Positions 39,513 to 49,518 of a DNA stretch of 64,000 nt are shown in pieces (positions within the stretch are counted from its first letter, which is position 1; each line of letters opens with the position of its first letter). Under the pieces are notes generated by a model, which did not search any database, was not told the origin of the DNA, and saw only the letters and a program-made list of their open reading frames with translations. Source of the DNA: Candidatus Ozemobacteraceae bacterium (GTDB taxonomy: Bacteria; Muiribacteriota; Ozemobacteria; Ozemobacterales; Ozemobacteraceae); contig OZ223236.1 of assembly GCA_965140445.1 (NCBI GenBank), forward strand, positions 2,976,001 through 3,040,000, read 5' to 3'. The translations under genes and the position numbers were made by a program.

Positions 39513-40292
39513 ATGAAACCTTGTTTAAAACGGTTCTTTGCCATTCTGCTTTGTTTATATTTAATTTTTCAGGGAATTTGTCAACCCGTAGTATCAGCAG
39601 AAAGAAAGGTTTTAAAGGTTGGGATAGCCCTCAGAAATTATTGGAAAGCATTTTACTCTGAATCAGATTGCCCTGAATTTCAGGCAGTTGAAGTTGCCAA
39701 AAAGTTAGCCCAAAATCTCGATGTAGATATCGAGATTGTATCTTACCCCTGGGAGCGGTTACTCTGGTCTGCTGAAAATGGAGACATAGATTTTTTGCCT
39801 TATTGTCGTAAGACCAGTCAAATTCTGGAAAAAGTTAAGCTTTTTAAAGTTCCTTTGCTTGTTGAATCTGAAAGCTTGTTTATACAAAAGAGGTTAAATC
39901 CTTTTTTTGATGAGCAAGGGCACATTAGATTAGATTTAAAACAGAAAAGGTTCAGCGTCGCGGCTTTATTTTGCTGTAACTTTCCGGTGGAATTCTTTGA
40001 CGTTCAAGACTCTATTGATTTTTATCAAGCTGCAAATCTATTTGAACTGGGTAGAATTTTGAGAGAAAGAAAAATTGATGCTGTCTATGGAACTTCTTAT
40101 TATTTAAAGCGCATTTTTAAAACTGACAGATTTGTTAGAGGGTTTTATAAGGAGATAGATTTAAAGCCTGTTCAGATATTTTTTGGTATTTCTAAAAAGT
40201 CAAAATTTGTTGACCAATTTTCTTTTCTGGAAAAATGCTTTGAAAAAATTCTTTCTAACCATAAATTAGAATTCCTTGATGCAAAGGATTAA
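39513..40292 (+). CDS. Extracytoplasmic substrate-binding protein (family 3-like)
   Basis: Signal peptide; YPWERL...GDIDF; KIDAV; adjacent to sensor kinase. Confidence 0.7.
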   Translation: MKPCLKRFFAILLCLYLIFQGICQPVVSAERKVLKVGIALRNYWKAFYSESDCPEFQAVEVAKKLAQNLDVDIEIVSYPWERLLWSAENGDIDFLPYCRKTSQILEKVKLFKVPLLVESESLFIQKRLNPFFDEQGHIRLDLKQKRFSVAALFCCNFPVEFFDVQDSIDFYQAANLFELGRILRERKIDAVYGTSYYLKRIFKTDRFVRGFYKEIDLKPVQIFFGISKKSKFVDQFSFLEKCFEKILSNHKLEFLDAKD

Positions 40293-40299
40293 AAGTTAA

Positions 40300-42357
40300 A
40301 TGAAGCGATTAGGCAAATTAGCGATCTTTATTGGAATAGGACTGCTGATTTTATTTATTATTTTCTATGAAGCTGAAAGTAAACGAATTGAAATCTCCAA
40401 ATTAAATAAATTTTGCAAAATTTTGTCTCCGGCTTTATGGAAATATGACCAGCAGGCAATTAATAGTTTTTTAGAATTTATCTGTCTGGAAAGAGGGTAT
40501 CAGGAAATCGTTCTAGAAACTCGATTAGAGTCTGAGCCAGATACTTATAGACCATTTGTCCGTGTTCATCGAAACAACCTTGTAAACAATGAACCCATTG
40601 ATTTTCGTTCATTTTTCTTTAATCCTTCTGAACTTGAAAGTAAGATTTCATACAACGATAGGGTTATTGGTCGAATCCTCATAAGTAGATATCCACCAAA
40701 TTTATTTACATATTTTATTGTCGGCTTGTTTCTCTTTTTATCTTTTTCCATTGCTTTTTTCTATATGGAAATTCTTAGAGGAAAGCTTTTGCTTGAAAAG
40801 AGAATTGAAGAACGAAGTGAAGCTTTATCCAAGAGCGAAAAGAAATTGGAAGCGATTTTTGAAAACATCGGAGAAGGAGTAATATCCCTGGACCCTTCGG
40901 GAAAAATTCTTGCCGCAAATGCTCTAGCGCAAGAAATGATTGGTATTTTCAAGGACGACCTGATTGGAAGCTTTTTTAAGGATATTTTGATCCTCAGAAG
41001 CTTTGATGGTGAGCCCTTAAATCTGGAGTTACCTGAATTCAAAGCTGATTTACCCTTAGAAGTTGTAACAATTCGCTGCCAGATGACTGATAGTCTTAAT
41101 AATGAACGAACAATTTCTGCATGCCTTACTACAATTTCAAATAAGGGAAAGTTGGAAGGTTATGTTTTAGTGTTTAGGGATGTTTCCAATGAAGAGCGAA
41201 TTGAAAAACAGTTAAGACAGAGTCAAAAAATGGAAGCAGTGGGGCAGCTGGCAGGGGGCATTGCTCATGATTTTAATAATCTTCTCCAGGTAATTCTTGG
41301 GTATGGTGAGCTTGTTGAAGAGTCGCTTGAAAACTTCTCTGAAGCTGAAAAAGATAACTGGTCACAGGTTATGGAAGCCGGCAAAAAAGCTCAGTCTTTG
41401 ATTAAAAAGATTCTTTCATTTAGCAGGGAGAAAAAAGAGTTTAAAAAAGGCTACTTCAATCTTAGTAAAACGGTTAAAGAGCTTTTAAAAATGGTTAAGC
41501 GTGTTATTGAAGAAAACGTTGAAATCGTTTATATCGAAATTGATTCATTATGGCCTGTTGCAGGGGATTCAGAGCAAATGGAACAGGCTCTTATGAACCT
41601 GTGTGTAAATGCTCGAGATGCCATGAGTCACGGTGGAAGGCTTACTATTGAATTAAAGAATGCTATTTTGACTAACGAATTCATTCCTTCTCAGGGCAAA
41701 AAGGTGTCGGGAAGATTTGTTTGCATTCAAATTAGTGATACTGGTAGTGGAATTCCGCCAAAGGATCTTGAAAGAATATTTGATCCCTTTTTTACCACCA
41801 AATCAAAAGGAAAAGGAACTGGAATTGGATTAGCTACTGTTTTTAATATTGTTACCCAACACGAGGGATTTCTTAGAGTTGATTCTGAACTCGGCAAAGG
41901 AACAACCTTTCGATTATATTTGCCTGTAACAGATGTTAGTGAAAACTATGAAGAGGTGAAACCGGAGGCTGTAGATTTTTCTTTTGAGGGCAATGGTGAG
42001 ACAATCTTGCTAGCCGAAGACCAGGAAGAGGTTCGGAATCTCGGTAAAAGATTATTGGAAAAAAATGGATACAAGGTAATAGTTGCGGAAAATGGAAGAG
42101 AAGCAATTGAGCTGTTTGAGGCCAACTCCAAAGAAATTAAGCTGTTGCTTTTCGATGTTGTTATGCCAGAAATGTCAGGTTGGGAAGCTGGAAAAGCTAT
42201 TTTGCAGAAAAAACCAGGGCTCCCGCTAATCTTTTGTAGCGGTTACACAGACCAGCTTGTTGGAAAAGATATCGAAAATGTATTAATAGAGAAACCATAT
42301 AAAAAAGAGATCTTGCTTGCCACAATAAGAGAACTGCTCAACAAAACGCTAAATTAG
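40300..42357 (+). CDS. Hybrid sensor histidine kinase (PAS, HisKA, HATPase, receiver)
   Basis: GGIAHDFNNLL, NARDAM, DTGSG, FFTTK, GTGIGL; receiver LLFDVVMP. Confidence 0.93.
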   Translation: MKRLGKLAIFIGIGLLILFIIFYEAESKRIEISKLNKFCKILSPALWKYDQQAINSFLEFICLERGYQEIVLETRLESEPDTYRPFVRVHRNNLVNNEPIDFRSFFFNPSELESKISYNDRVIGRILISRYPPNLFTYFIVGLFLFLSFSIAFFYMEILRGKLLLEKRIEERSEALSKSEKKLEAIFENIGEGVISLDPSGKILAANALAQEMIGIFKDDLIGSFFKDILILRSFDGEPLNLELPEFKADLPLEVVTIRCQMTDSLNNERTISACLTTISNKGKLEGYVLVFRDVSNEERIEKQLRQSQKMEAVGQLAGGIAHDFNNLLQVILGYGELVEESLENFSEAEKDNWSQVMEAGKKAQSLIKKILSFSREKKEFKKGYFNLSKTVKELLKMVKRVIEENVEIVYIEIDSLWPVAGDSEQMEQALMNLCVNARDAMSHGGRLTIELKNAILTNEFIPSQGKKVSGRFVCIQISDTGSGIPPKDLERIFDPFFTTKSKGKGTGIGLATVFNIVTQHEGFLRVDSELGKGTTFRLYLPVTDVSENYEEVKPEAVDFSFEGNGETILLAEDQEEVRNLGKRLLEKNGYKVIVAENGREAIELFEANSKEIKLLLFDVVMPEMSGWEAGKAILQKKPGLPLIFCSGYTDQLVGKDIENVLIEKPYKKEILLATIRELLNKTLN

Positions 42358-43853
42358 GCTTTTTTTATTAAATTACCTTTAATAAAAAGTCTTTCTGGTA
42401 AATGATTTTTTAATCGAATAGAAGGAGTTAGGAACGGGTCGTCTTTAAAGGTTATAAAATCTGCAAAGAATCCAGAACTCAATTTCCCTCTTTGATTGGC
42501 TTTTCCAGAGAAATGGTGTCCATCAGTTATGAACATTGAAAAAGCAGTGTTTAAATCTACTCTTTCATCTGGATTATTATGGTTTACAGCAGCTTGAATC
42601 CCTAGCATTGGGTTTGGCGGTGTAACAGGGCTATCAGAACCTCCAGCAAGACGAATTCCTAGATCAAGAAGCGTCCTTAATGGGTTTGCGCTGTCTAGTC
42701 GATCCGGGCCTAATCTTTTTTCATATAATCCATTTTTTCCACCCCAAAAAAAATCAAAAGCGGGTTGAACACAAATGTGAGTTCTTGTTTGTCTCGCGTA
42801 TCTAATTGCTTTAGCGCTGGGAAGAACAAAATGTTCAATTCTATTGGCAGGAGAATCACTTCCAAATTTTTCGAAACTCCAGTTGTAGCAGAACATGACT
42901 GTATCAATAGCTCTGTCCCCGATAGCATGTAGAGCTAATTGAATGCCTTTAGGTGCACAGGCTTTCAACATTTCTTCTATATCTTCAGGAGACAGGTAGA
43001 CATTGCCTGTTTGCCCGGGCATGTCCGAATAGTCTTCCCACAAAGCAGCTGATCTTGTTCCTAATGAGCCATCTGCAAGAATACATCCGCCTAATTGTTT
43101 CCAGCCCCTGGAAACACAGAAGTCCGGGTTAGGGCTTTGGTGATAAATTGTTGCATCCAGAGGACTTTTATCAAGGAAATCTGCTGTTGTTTTTATATCT
43201 GCCAAAGACTTTGCTGAGCCTTCCATGGCATGAATAGAAGCAATTCCATATGAAAAACATGTTTTTTCTGCAAGCTCCAGGGCTGCTAAAATGGTTGATT
43301 GATCATAAGAATTTAAAAGAATGTAGGCTGCTTCATTAAAGGATTTTCCCGAAAGGTATCCATTTGCAATTTCAATAGAAGGGAGTTTTTGTCTTAACCA
43401 TTTTTCTGCAAGAGAGTTTACCACTGCAGAATGAAGATCCTTTCTGGTAATCCAGACTTTGTATTTATTAGAAATGTTGTTTAAATCATTTTGATTTGGC
43501 AAACCATCTTTTAATATAGAATCGTCAAGTCCATAGCCAAGCAGCCAGCCAGAATGGTTTGAACCCCTTTTCATTATACCGGTAACACCTGAAATGGATT
43601 CGGCATCATTTAAATCTGCACCTAGCATGCAAACACCAGTCTGAAGAAAATGAATGTGTGAATCGCAAAAAGCTGGAAAAACAATCGATCCCTGAAGATC
43701 AATTAAATCGACTCCTATTCCTTTGTTGGGAACGGGGAGCTCGAAACCGGTTTTAAGCACAACTCCATCAATAACGTGCATTGAATCAAAGGTGGTTCTT
43801 GAAAAATCGGGATAAGTCCGCCCGGAAAAATTATGAAAATAAAGTTGTTTCAT
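42354..43853 (-). CDS. Amidohydrolase (YtcJ-like, amidohydro_3)
   Basis: DSHIH, ADGSLG, HAIGDRA, RIEH, GGSDSP. Confidence 0.88.
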   Translation of the reverse strand: MKQLYFHNFSGRTYPDFSRTTFDSMHVIDGVVLKTGFELPVPNKGIGVDLIDLQGSIVFPAFCDSHIHFLQTGVCMLGADLNDAESISGVTGIMKRGSNHSGWLLGYGLDDSILKDGLPNQNDLNNISNKYKVWITRKDLHSAVVNSLAEKWLRQKLPSIEIANGYLSGKSFNEAAYILLNSYDQSTILAALELAEKTCFSYGIASIHAMEGSAKSLADIKTTADFLDKSPLDATIYHQSPNPDFCVSRGWKQLGGCILADGSLGTRSAALWEDYSDMPGQTGNVYLSPEDIEEMLKACAPKGIQLALHAIGDRAIDTVMFCYNWSFEKFGSDSPANRIEHFVLPSAKAIRYARQTRTHICVQPAFDFFWGGKNGLYEKRLGPDRLDSANPLRTLLDLGIRLAGGSDSPVTPPNPMLGIQAAVNHNNPDERVDLNTAFSMFITDGHHFSGKANQRGKLSSGFFADFITFKDDPFLTPSIRLKNHLPERLFIKGNLIKKA

Positions 43854-43856
43854 TTG

Positions 43857-44192
43857 TTAAAAAGGTAAGTTTTTGTAGAAATGGTAAATTGCTGCAAAAG
43901 TGTAAGAGACCCATCTTAAAGGTGGGGAAATTAGTCTCCAAATAAAATTTAGGAGTTTTGAAGCTCTGGTAATTCTCAATACCCAGTAAACAAGCATAAA
44001 AATGGCAGAAAGAACCATGGTTATTGCGCCATAAAATAGCCACAAACCAGTTTTTTCGCAGGTAGAACAAAGCGGGTCTAATTGACAAGGATTTTTATCG
44101 TTGCCAAGAATTCTGCATGCTATTTGTGCAGGAATACCTCTTGCGACAAATCTTTTTGAGCAAATTTTGTTTAATTTTGATAGAAGAACCAT
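43857..44192 (-). CDS. Hypothetical small membrane protein
   Basis: Cys-rich N-half plus TM; stop 3 nt before amidohydrolase start. Confidence 0.5.
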   Translation of the reverse strand: MVLLSKLNKICSKRFVARGIPAQIACRILGNDKNPCQLDPLCSTCEKTGLWLFYGAITMVLSAIFMLVYWVLRITRASKLLNFIWRLISPPLRWVSYTFAAIYHFYKNLPF

Positions 44193-44377
44193 GGATTAAA
44201 TATACCAGAAACTTTACCAACTTTCTAAGCAAATTAAGGAAAAATATAGACGAATTTTTCCTGCTTACTAGGGAATAAATCCCTGGTAAAAAATCGTTTT
44301 TAAGAGAAAGCCCCATGAATAGCGAAACTATAGATTTGGCATGTAAATTGCTGATTAAAGTGAACCGGAGGTTAACT

Positions 44378-45052
44378 ATGAAATATGCACTTGTTAGAAT
44401 CCTTACATTGAGCGCTTTCGCTATGGTTCTGGGATTCGTATCTGAGGCCGAATTGAAAGTTACTGAGGGGCAGGCATTTGTAGTTGGCCGTTGCCAGGTT
44501 GCTTATAATGGAGTAACTTCCGAGCTTTTAAAAAGTGAAAACTGTAAACATCTAAAATCTGAAAATGTGGTTGGCATTGCTCAGGCCAAGTTAAAAGACT
44601 ATAAAAATGGAAAGCCGGTTTACCAGATAAAGAAAATTTTCAAAGTTAAAACAGATAAAAATGGTGTTTTCATGATGAAGAGCGTGCCCTCTAATTGTGC
44701 TTACCTTTTTCTTGGTGCACAGATTCATGAAAATATTCCTTTAAAACTAGATGGCTTAGTTTACTCCAAAAATATAAATTCAAATGTAGTTAATCTCGGG
44801 GAAAACCAGATTTCTGTTAGTCTTGCCAATTCAGGAAAAAATGTTGAGTTGGAGCATAAGGTTTTCAGTAAATTCTCCAATGAAGCTTATATCCAGCATT
44901 TTTTAAACAAAAGCTGGTTGCACAGATTTGCCCAGGTTATTTGCGGACCACAGAAAAATCTGGACCAAAACAAGGGAGTAGAGTTTTTAAAAGCTTCTGA
45001 AGTTGAATTTGATGGTCTTGATACTGTAGAATGGGTGACAATTGAAAGTTAA
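44378..45052 (+). CDS. Hypothetical secreted protein heading the pilus operon
   Basis: GGAGG RBS before ATG 44378; signal peptide. Confidence 0.65.
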   Translation: MKYALVRILTLSAFAMVLGFVSEAELKVTEGQAFVVGRCQVAYNGVTSELLKSENCKHLKSENVVGIAQAKLKDYKNGKPVYQIKKIFKVKTDKNGVFMMKSVPSNCAYLFLGAQIHENIPLKLDGLVYSKNINSNVVNLGENQISVSLANSGKNVELEHKVFSKFSNEAYIQHFLNKSWLHRFAQVICGPQKNLDQNKGVEFLKASEVEFDGLDTVEWVTIES

Positions 45053-45063
45053 AATCTGGGTTA

Positions 45064-46326
45064 ATGCAAAAAAAAGAAGAAAAGTTATTTAAAGATGGTT
45101 TTGGTTTTATTCCAATAGAAGTATCCCCTGGAAGGTTAAAATCCCTTCTGGGGGAAGTTTCATATAAGCTGGATTCACAGCAACTTGAAATTTTTCAAAA
45201 AGACAAAGCCTTAAAAATTCCTTACTCTGAAATAGTAAAAACTGTTGCTGAGAACAAGAACACATTAAAGATTACATCCAATAACGGTGAATTTTCTATT
45301 GCCCACGAAAATGGCGCACCCTCTTTAAAATTGCTTCTAGATAGATTGATAGAGGAAAGCGATTTCTATATTAAAGCCCAGAACGGTGAAATCGCCTGGC
45401 CAGAGGCCTTCAAAGAATGTCTTTCTTTTAGAGCTTTGCCTTTTGTTTGGGCCACAGAACTATTACTACAAAAATCCATTAAACAAAATTGCTCCGATGT
45501 TCATTTTGAACCTTTTGAAAATGAAGTTAAGATTACATTTAGAAAAAGAGATGAGGTTAGTTTTGCTTTTTCTTTTCCAGTGAAAAGTTATGAACGAATC
45601 TTATCAAGAATGAAATACCTGGCAGGTTGTCAGAATCATGTTCAAAACCGGCCTCAAGAGGGGGCTTTTCGGCACAAAGATACTAATATTGATATCCGGC
45701 TTTCCACCTTTCCTTCAAAATACGGCGAAAGAACCGCTTTAAGATTTATTAATACTGTTCAGTTTAACAATATTGAATCCTTAGGATGGCCTGGAGCTCT
45801 TTCTGGAGAATGGTTGAAGCTGTGTTCGTCCTCTAATGGTCTGATTTTGATTACTGGCCCGGTTGGCTCGGGAAAGACAACAGCCTTATATGCTACTTTA
45901 TGTGAACTTGCAAAACAAAAGGGTGGAAATAGAATTGTAACTATTGAAGATCCTGTTGAAGGAAGAGTTCCAGAGATTTGTCAATCCTCCCTTGAAGAGA
46001 TAAATAACTTAACTTTGGCGGAGGCTTTTAAGCATATTTTGCGTCAGGACCCTGATATTATTGCTCTTGGGGAGATCCGCGATGCAGAATGCGTTAGGGA
46101 AGCTCTTCAAGCGGGACTTTCCGGGCATATTGTTTTTGCAACCTTTCACGCCGGGTCTGCCGATGAAGCTTGTTTAAGAATAAAGCAAATGGGAATTGAT
46201 AATTATTTGGTTTTTAATGGATTAAAGGCTATACTTTCCCTTGAACTAAAACAGATTGATGGAAAGGTTTGTCCCTCTGTTCACCTTAAAGAAATGGCGA
46301 AATTGGAGGGGGAGGTTTTACGGTAG
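45064..46326 (+). CDS. GspE/PilB/ComGA-family assembly ATPase
   Basis: SDVHFEP, GPVGSGKTT, TIEDPVE, LRQDPDIIALGEIRD, ATFHA. Confidence 0.92.
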   Translation: MQKKEEKLFKDGFGFIPIEVSPGRLKSLLGEVSYKLDSQQLEIFQKDKALKIPYSEIVKTVAENKNTLKITSNNGEFSIAHENGAPSLKLLLDRLIEESDFYIKAQNGEIAWPEAFKECLSFRALPFVWATELLLQKSIKQNCSDVHFEPFENEVKITFRKRDEVSFAFSFPVKSYERILSRMKYLAGCQNHVQNRPQEGAFRHKDTNIDIRLSTFPSKYGERTALRFINTVQFNNIESLGWPGALSGEWLKLCSSSNGLILITGPVGSGKTTALYATLCELAKQKGGNRIVTIEDPVEGRVPEICQSSLEEINNLTLAEAFKHILRQDPDIIALGEIRDAECVREALQAGLSGHIVFATFHAGSADEACLRIKQMGIDNYLVFNGLKAILSLELKQIDGKVCPSVHLKEMAKLEGEVLR

Positions 46327-47337
46327 ATGCAAGGTCTTGATATTAGTAGAGTTGCTGGGCATTCTGGAATTGAAGCTCTTAGTTCTAAAGAGGAATTGGT
46401 TCTGGGAATTGGTTTTATCCTGAAAAGTGGTGTTGAACTATGCCCTGCGCTTAAACTGGCTGCCGAATCCTCGGAAAATCGTTCTGTGAAAATGTCATTG
46501 TTAAAAGCGGCGAAACTTATCCATGAAGGCAATGAGCCAATCAAAGTTTTTAAGGAAGGTTTCATGTCTTCAATCCCGCCTTATGCAAGATTTGTCCTTG
46601 GTGCTCCCATTGATAGCAAAACAAAGGGTGAGATTTTATTTGGATGGCATAGATTTCAATTTACCAGATTTAAAAGTTTTATAGAACTAGGGTTAGCTTT
46701 TCAGGAAGCAGCAATAGGAGGACTAACCATAACATCTTTGTTTATGTTTGTTGTTCCTCAGTTCAAAGAGATTTTCATGGGATTAAATATTGATGGGGGG
46801 ACTCTATTTTCAATTCTGCTCTTCCTTTCTGATAATGGTTTTGGATTTTTGCTTCTCATTTTTATCGGGGTTTTGGTTATTGGGATCGCGGGAAAAGGAT
46901 TCGTTGCAAGTTTTCTTGGTATTCAAAGTGAAATTGATTATTTAAATTTTGTTTCTTTGTTAAAAATTATAGATAAAGAAAAAGTGGGAATGGTTGTTAG
47001 GATTTTGTCGAATAAAACCGTTTTCCCAAAACAGCATGAAAGGTTTAAGGAATTTTCAGAGGCCTTAATGGCCGGAGAATCAATTGATACAGCACTTGAA
47101 AGATCAAACATTGATCCTTTTTTTGCCTGGTTTATCAAGCTTGGCCTGGTCGGTGAAATGGGGAAAGAATCCCTTGAGGACAGTGCAGTATTATTGGAAG
47201 CAAGAATTGTTACCCGCTTTGAAATGCTAAGTGCCATCACAGGCGTTTTAATAACATTATTTTTGGGATGCTCCTTTGGAATAATTGTTGTTGGAGTTTT
47301 TTCAGGCATTCTTGCAGCTATGAATGGAGCTATGTAA
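46327..47337 (+). CDS. GspF/PilC/ComGB-like platform protein 1
   Basis: Follows ATPase; SGV..AL, FVVPQFKEIF, 3-TM pattern. Confidence 0.7.
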   Translation: MQGLDISRVAGHSGIEALSSKEELVLGIGFILKSGVELCPALKLAAESSENRSVKMSLLKAAKLIHEGNEPIKVFKEGFMSSIPPYARFVLGAPIDSKTKGEILFGWHRFQFTRFKSFIELGLAFQEAAIGGLTITSLFMFVVPQFKEIFMGLNIDGGTLFSILLFLSDNGFGFLLLIFIGVLVIGIAGKGFVASFLGIQSEIDYLNFVSLLKIIDKEKVGMVVRILSNKTVFPKQHERFKEFSEALMAGESIDTALERSNIDPFFAWFIKLGLVGEMGKESLEDSAVLLEARIVTRFEMLSAITGVLITLFLGCSFGIIVVGVFSGILAAMNGAM

Positions 47338-48366
47338 ATGTCAGTTGATAAAAGAAACGAAGAATTGATTTTATTTTGTCAAATGCTAAGCATGGCATCT
47401 CAAAGCGGAATACCGCTTGCAGAATCTTTAATTGAAGCTTCAAATGCACATTCCGGGCGGATTGCAGGGAACTGGTGCAGAAATCTTGCTCTAAGACTTA
47501 AGGATGGATACTCAATAGAAAACGCAATGCAGGATTTAGAGGGATTTGATTCTATTCTTGCTGGAATTGTAGCCGTTATTGGTGAGGATAGACTCATTGA
47601 GATATTGCAAAGTTACTCCAGGTTTTTGCTTTTCATTGAAACTATAAGAGAGAATTTAAAAACTGCCTTTTTTTATCCTCTTGTCATAATGTTTTTTCTA
47701 TTAGCCAATTTGATGTTACTTAATTTTTTCGTTTTTCCAGCACTTTTCCAGGAATTTATCGGTAAAATTAACGAAGTTCCAATTTTAATGCGCGCATTAT
47801 ATTTTGCCGAACCGAGAATGTGGCCTTTTTCCTTATTGTTTCCATGTTTATTTTTCTGGGCAACAGCCAATACTGTTAAAACTATTTGGACTGGTGATTG
47901 GCAAGTTTTTCGGCATTCTTTGATTGCAAGACTTATGAAGTTGAATTTATTCATCGAAAAGCAGGCTGAGGCAAGGATTCAATCCCTTATAGCTTTATAC
48001 CTTGGTGCAGGGTTTACTTTGGTTGAATCAATTTATCGGGCATCGGATTCTGATCCGAAAATGTCAGAGACCTTTCGCTTACGTAATGTTGCTGAAGCTC
48101 TAAAAAATGGTGTTGATTTTAAGGAAGCCATGGAACAAAGCCCAGTGCTGGAGTATTTTGCAGAAGTTAGCACAGAAGGGCAGGAACTTGAGTTTAAGTT
48201 AAAAAAAATGGCAAAACTTAGATTTCATTCAGCAAAAAAAGATTTTAGTTTTATGGAAAAAGTGGCTTCTATTGTTGCTGTTATCCTTGCTGGAATTATG
48301 GTTATGATTATTTCTCTTAGCTTCTTCAGTACTTACTTTTGGCAGTTGTGGGAGGTCATAAAATGA
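47338..48366 (+). CDS. GspF/PilC/ComGB-like platform protein 2
   Basis: FCQMLS..QSGIPLAESL, AFFYP, FVFP. Confidence 0.8.
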   Translation: MSVDKRNEELILFCQMLSMASQSGIPLAESLIEASNAHSGRIAGNWCRNLALRLKDGYSIENAMQDLEGFDSILAGIVAVIGEDRLIEILQSYSRFLLFIETIRENLKTAFFYPLVIMFFLLANLMLLNFFVFPALFQEFIGKINEVPILMRALYFAEPRMWPFSLLFPCLFFWATANTVKTIWTGDWQVFRHSLIARLMKLNLFIEKQAEARIQSLIALYLGAGFTLVESIYRASDSDPKMSETFRLRNVAEALKNGVDFKEAMEQSPVLEYFAEVSTEGQELEFKLKKMAKLRFHSAKKDFSFMEKVASIVAVILAGIMVMIISLSFFSTYFWQLWEVIK

Positions 48367-48734
48367 GAAAAAAAGGCCTCACATTGATAGAAATTATAAT
48401 TACCTGCTCTTTAATGGTCGTTTTGATTATTGCCTTAAGCACAGTCACAAGATTTCATTCTAATACTCTAAATTTAATAGAAAAAGAAACATTTAGCCTT
48501 TATGCACTCGAAAGCCTTAGAAACAAGGTTTTGGTTGATTTGAGAAATGGCCACACACCTGAAGAAATACTGGAAGCAAACAAAAGTTTTATTGGTAAGG
48601 CCAAGTTTAATCTTAGGCTTGAAACATTAGATGGAATTAATGGGAATAAAAGAATAAGGCTTAGTCTAAGTGAGAAACCAAGAGACAATGAGTTGCAGAT
48701 GAAACCCACTTTTCGGGAGGTCCTACTACCATGA
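48363..48734 (+). CDS. Type IV prepilin/pseudopilin
   Basis: MRKKG-LTLIE class III signal peptide. Confidence 0.85.
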   Translation: MRKKGLTLIEIIITCSLMVVLIIALSTVTRFHSNTLNLIEKETFSLYALESLRNKVLVDLRNGHTPEEILEANKSFIGKAKFNLRLETLDGINGNKRIRLSLSEKPRDNELQMKPTFREVLLP

Positions 48735-49162
48735 AAAAAAATGGGTTTACATTAATTGAGCTTATGATTGTAATTGCTATCATTGGAATTATAATGGGAT
48801 GTGGATTTTTTGATGGTATTAAATTCCTTTCACATAGGTTTAAGCACGATTCAAAAATTGTCAGTGAAAATACAAAGCTATGTTTTATGTTTTCCAAGAT
48901 AAAAAGAATTCTGGAAAAAGAGAACGAAGTTATAGATGTTGAAGAAGACGGCCATTGTGTGAACCTTTCAAAAGAAAGGCGTATAAGAGTTTCACCTAAC
49001 GGGAAAAATATTTCTATAGTTGATTCCAATGGAGAGCTTAATTACAACTTTAAGGATACCTGGTTTTCAAAATTCAGGAAAATTGATAATAAGACATTTT
49101 ACTGTAAAATCAAATTCAGAAAAATGAGTTTGCCTATGTACTGGAAGGTTGGAAACTTCTAA
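48731..49162 (+). CDS. Type IV prepilin/pseudopilin
   Basis: MKKNG-FTLIELMIVIAIIGI. Confidence 0.9.
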   Translation: MKKNGFTLIELMIVIAIIGIIMGCGFFDGIKFLSHRFKHDSKIVSENTKLCFMFSKIKRILEKENEVIDVEEDGHCVNLSKERRIRVSPNGKNISIVDSNGELNYNFKDTWFSKFRKIDNKTFYCKIKFRKMSLPMYWKVGNF

Positions 49163-49164
49163 TT

Positions 49165-49392
49165 ATGATTAGTATTAAAAATAGAAAAGGGTTTACTATT
49201 TATCTTAGTTTTGCTGTTGTGCTAGCCATCTTCTTTTCATACTACATGAACTCTACGGTGGAAATAATTTCAATTCGAAAGCTACAAAAGAAGCTAAAAG
49301 TCCAATTGTTAAAAACGGACCGAAAAATTGAAAAGCCTGTAACCGTTTCTCCTGGCGGGATTAATGCTGAACAGGATTATTTAAACCGCTGA
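49165..49392 (+). CDS. Short minor pilin-like protein lacking Glu5 (GspK/ComGG-like)
   Basis: RKG-FTIYL then hydrophobic helix. Confidence 0.5.
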   Translation: MISIKNRKGFTIYLSFAVVLAIFFSYYMNSTVEIISIRKLQKKLKVQLLKTDRKIEKPVTVSPGGINAEQDYLNR

Positions 49393-49397
49393 TATAC

Positions 49398-49426
49398 TTG
49401 CGCTTTCTAATATTTTTTATTAAAAT
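49398..49426 (+). promoter_or_regulatory. sigma70-type promoter
   Basis: TTGCGC-17 nt-TAAAAT. Confidence 0.45.
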
Positions 49427-49518
49427 CTTGTTCGTGCTGCTTTATTAAGATTTTAAGTAGCTTTCTTTTGGGGTACCGCTGCTTGGCGGAAAAATAAAAT
49501 TGTCACAGGAAGAAAATA

